A stretch of 64,000 bases of DNA from Octopus sinensis (Eukaryota). The stretch is taken from positions 24,428,001 to 24,492,000 of the forward strand of contig NC_043021.1 in NCBI RefSeq assembly GCF_006345805.1. The letters are read 5' to 3'. The position numbers and the translations under genes were made by a program. The notes beneath the pieces were generated by a model. The model did not search any database. It had not been told where the DNA came from and worked only from the letters and a program-made list of their open reading frames with translations. This document shows, piece by piece, positions 63,086-64,000 of the stretch (positions are counted from its first letter, which is position 1; the number at the start of each line of letters is the position of its first letter).

Positions 63086-63430
63086 ATACACTTTCCTTTT
63101 CTCTGGTTCTGAATTTTCGCAGCATCCATCGAGCCAGTCATCTGCACTTTGTCGCCATCCTGGTAATGTGCACTTGGAAAGAAGTATCATCACTCATGTC
63201 GATACCCAGGTCCCTCACCGATTCTGGCTCTAGGATTGAAATTCCCTGTGGACCAGCGTACCTTGTAAGTTTCATGTTCAGTTTTGGGCTTGGAATTTTT
63301 GTGCATTCAACGGCATAGTATTATCCTCAGCCGATCTGTAAATTGAGTCCAACTCCTGCTGCAAATGATCAACATCGCTGAGATTCTGTATTTTCTGCGA
63401 GATTGTCGTATAGTCTGCGTAGCGAGTAAG
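63085..63430 (-). mobile_element. CR1-type LINE RT fragment
   Basis: Minus strand: YADYTTISQKI..D.DHLQQELDSIY.SAEDN.M.LNAQKFQ; VRDLGIDMSDD.SF..HI..M..KC. Confidence 0.8.
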
Positions 63431-63439
63431 TGTGGCTAT

Positions 63440-63875
63440 CCAGGCTGTTGAGGGCATTTTATCTGATCAAATTCATCCTATGTTTGCGGAACTGTTTCCA
63501 GAGGGAAATGCAATCTTTCAGGATGATAATGCACCAATTAACACAGCAAAAGCTTTTACTGAATGACACGAGGAACATTCTAGTGAAGTTACCTTATCTG
63601 GCCACCACAGAACCCCAGATCTCAATATTATTGAACATTTATGGTGAATTTTAGAAAAACAAGTAAGAAGTCGATATCCTCTACTGTCATCACTACAAGA
63701 GAAGGAGTCTGTTTTAGCTGAAGAATGAACAAAAATTCCATTGGAAGCAATTCAAACTTTGTACGAGTCCATATGTCGTAGAATTCAAGCAGTAATTACT
63801 ACTAAAGGCGATCCTACCCCATATTAAAATAAATTTGAAGTTTTAAGGTGTTTCCATTATTTTGTCCAACCCCCG
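63440..63875 (+). mobile_element. Tc1-like transposon 3' fragment
   Basis: FQDDNAP..TAK; WPPQ.PDLNIIEHLW; RRIQAVI..KG.PT.Y*; terminal repeat AAGGTGTTTCCATTATTTTGTCCAACCC related to the 40598 terminus. Confidence 0.85.
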
Positions 63876-63910
63876 TGGTGTGTGTGTGTGTATTATATAG
63901 CTAAATATTA

Positions 63911-63977
63911 ATATATAGCTAAGTACTATATATAGCTAAGTACTATATATAGCTAAGTACTATATATAGCTAAGTAC
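63911..63977. repeat. 17-bp tandem repeat x4 (TATATATAGCTAAGTAC)
   Basis: AGCTAAGTAC at 63917, 63934, 63951 and 63968. Confidence 0.9.
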
Positions 63978-64000
63978 TATAATATAGAGAGAGTATCTAG

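Overview
Eukaryotic, AT-rich, repeat-saturated DNA, almost certainly intronic or intergenic. The three tRNA-derived SINE families, the TATG/TA/TAA microsatellite load and the transposon mix match what I recognise from octopus (coleoid cephalopod) genomes; this taxon call is from recall, not a search. No intact gene or intact transposon is present, and nearly all ORF-track entries are microsatellite artefacts. Identifiable content: about 27 SINE copies (families A, B, C); eight R4/Dong-type restriction-like-endonuclease retrotransposon pieces, mostly nested in (TAA)n tracts, five of them in a 4.8-kb pile-up at 35.8-40.6 kb; a Penelope-like (Neptune-type) RT + GIY-YIG remnant; RTE, CR1 and HERO-like LINE 3' fragments; Tc1 and mariner remnants; and non-autonomous Helitrons. 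One well-formed candidate host exon lies at 48804-48904 (+), with weaker candidates elsewhere. Most interesting observations: (1) a roughly 98%-identical 310-bp-arm palindrome at 20.3-21.0 kb whose two arms each encode a complete minimal, dimer-type hammerhead ribozyme; (2) hammerhead core words in a non-canonical, pseudoknotted order in the HERO 3' UTR; (3) TAA-targeted Dong nesting, including a 5'-3' fused mini-element; (4) several short local templated duplications anchored at microsatellites. TE boundaries are approximate (tens of bp) unless termini are quoted.
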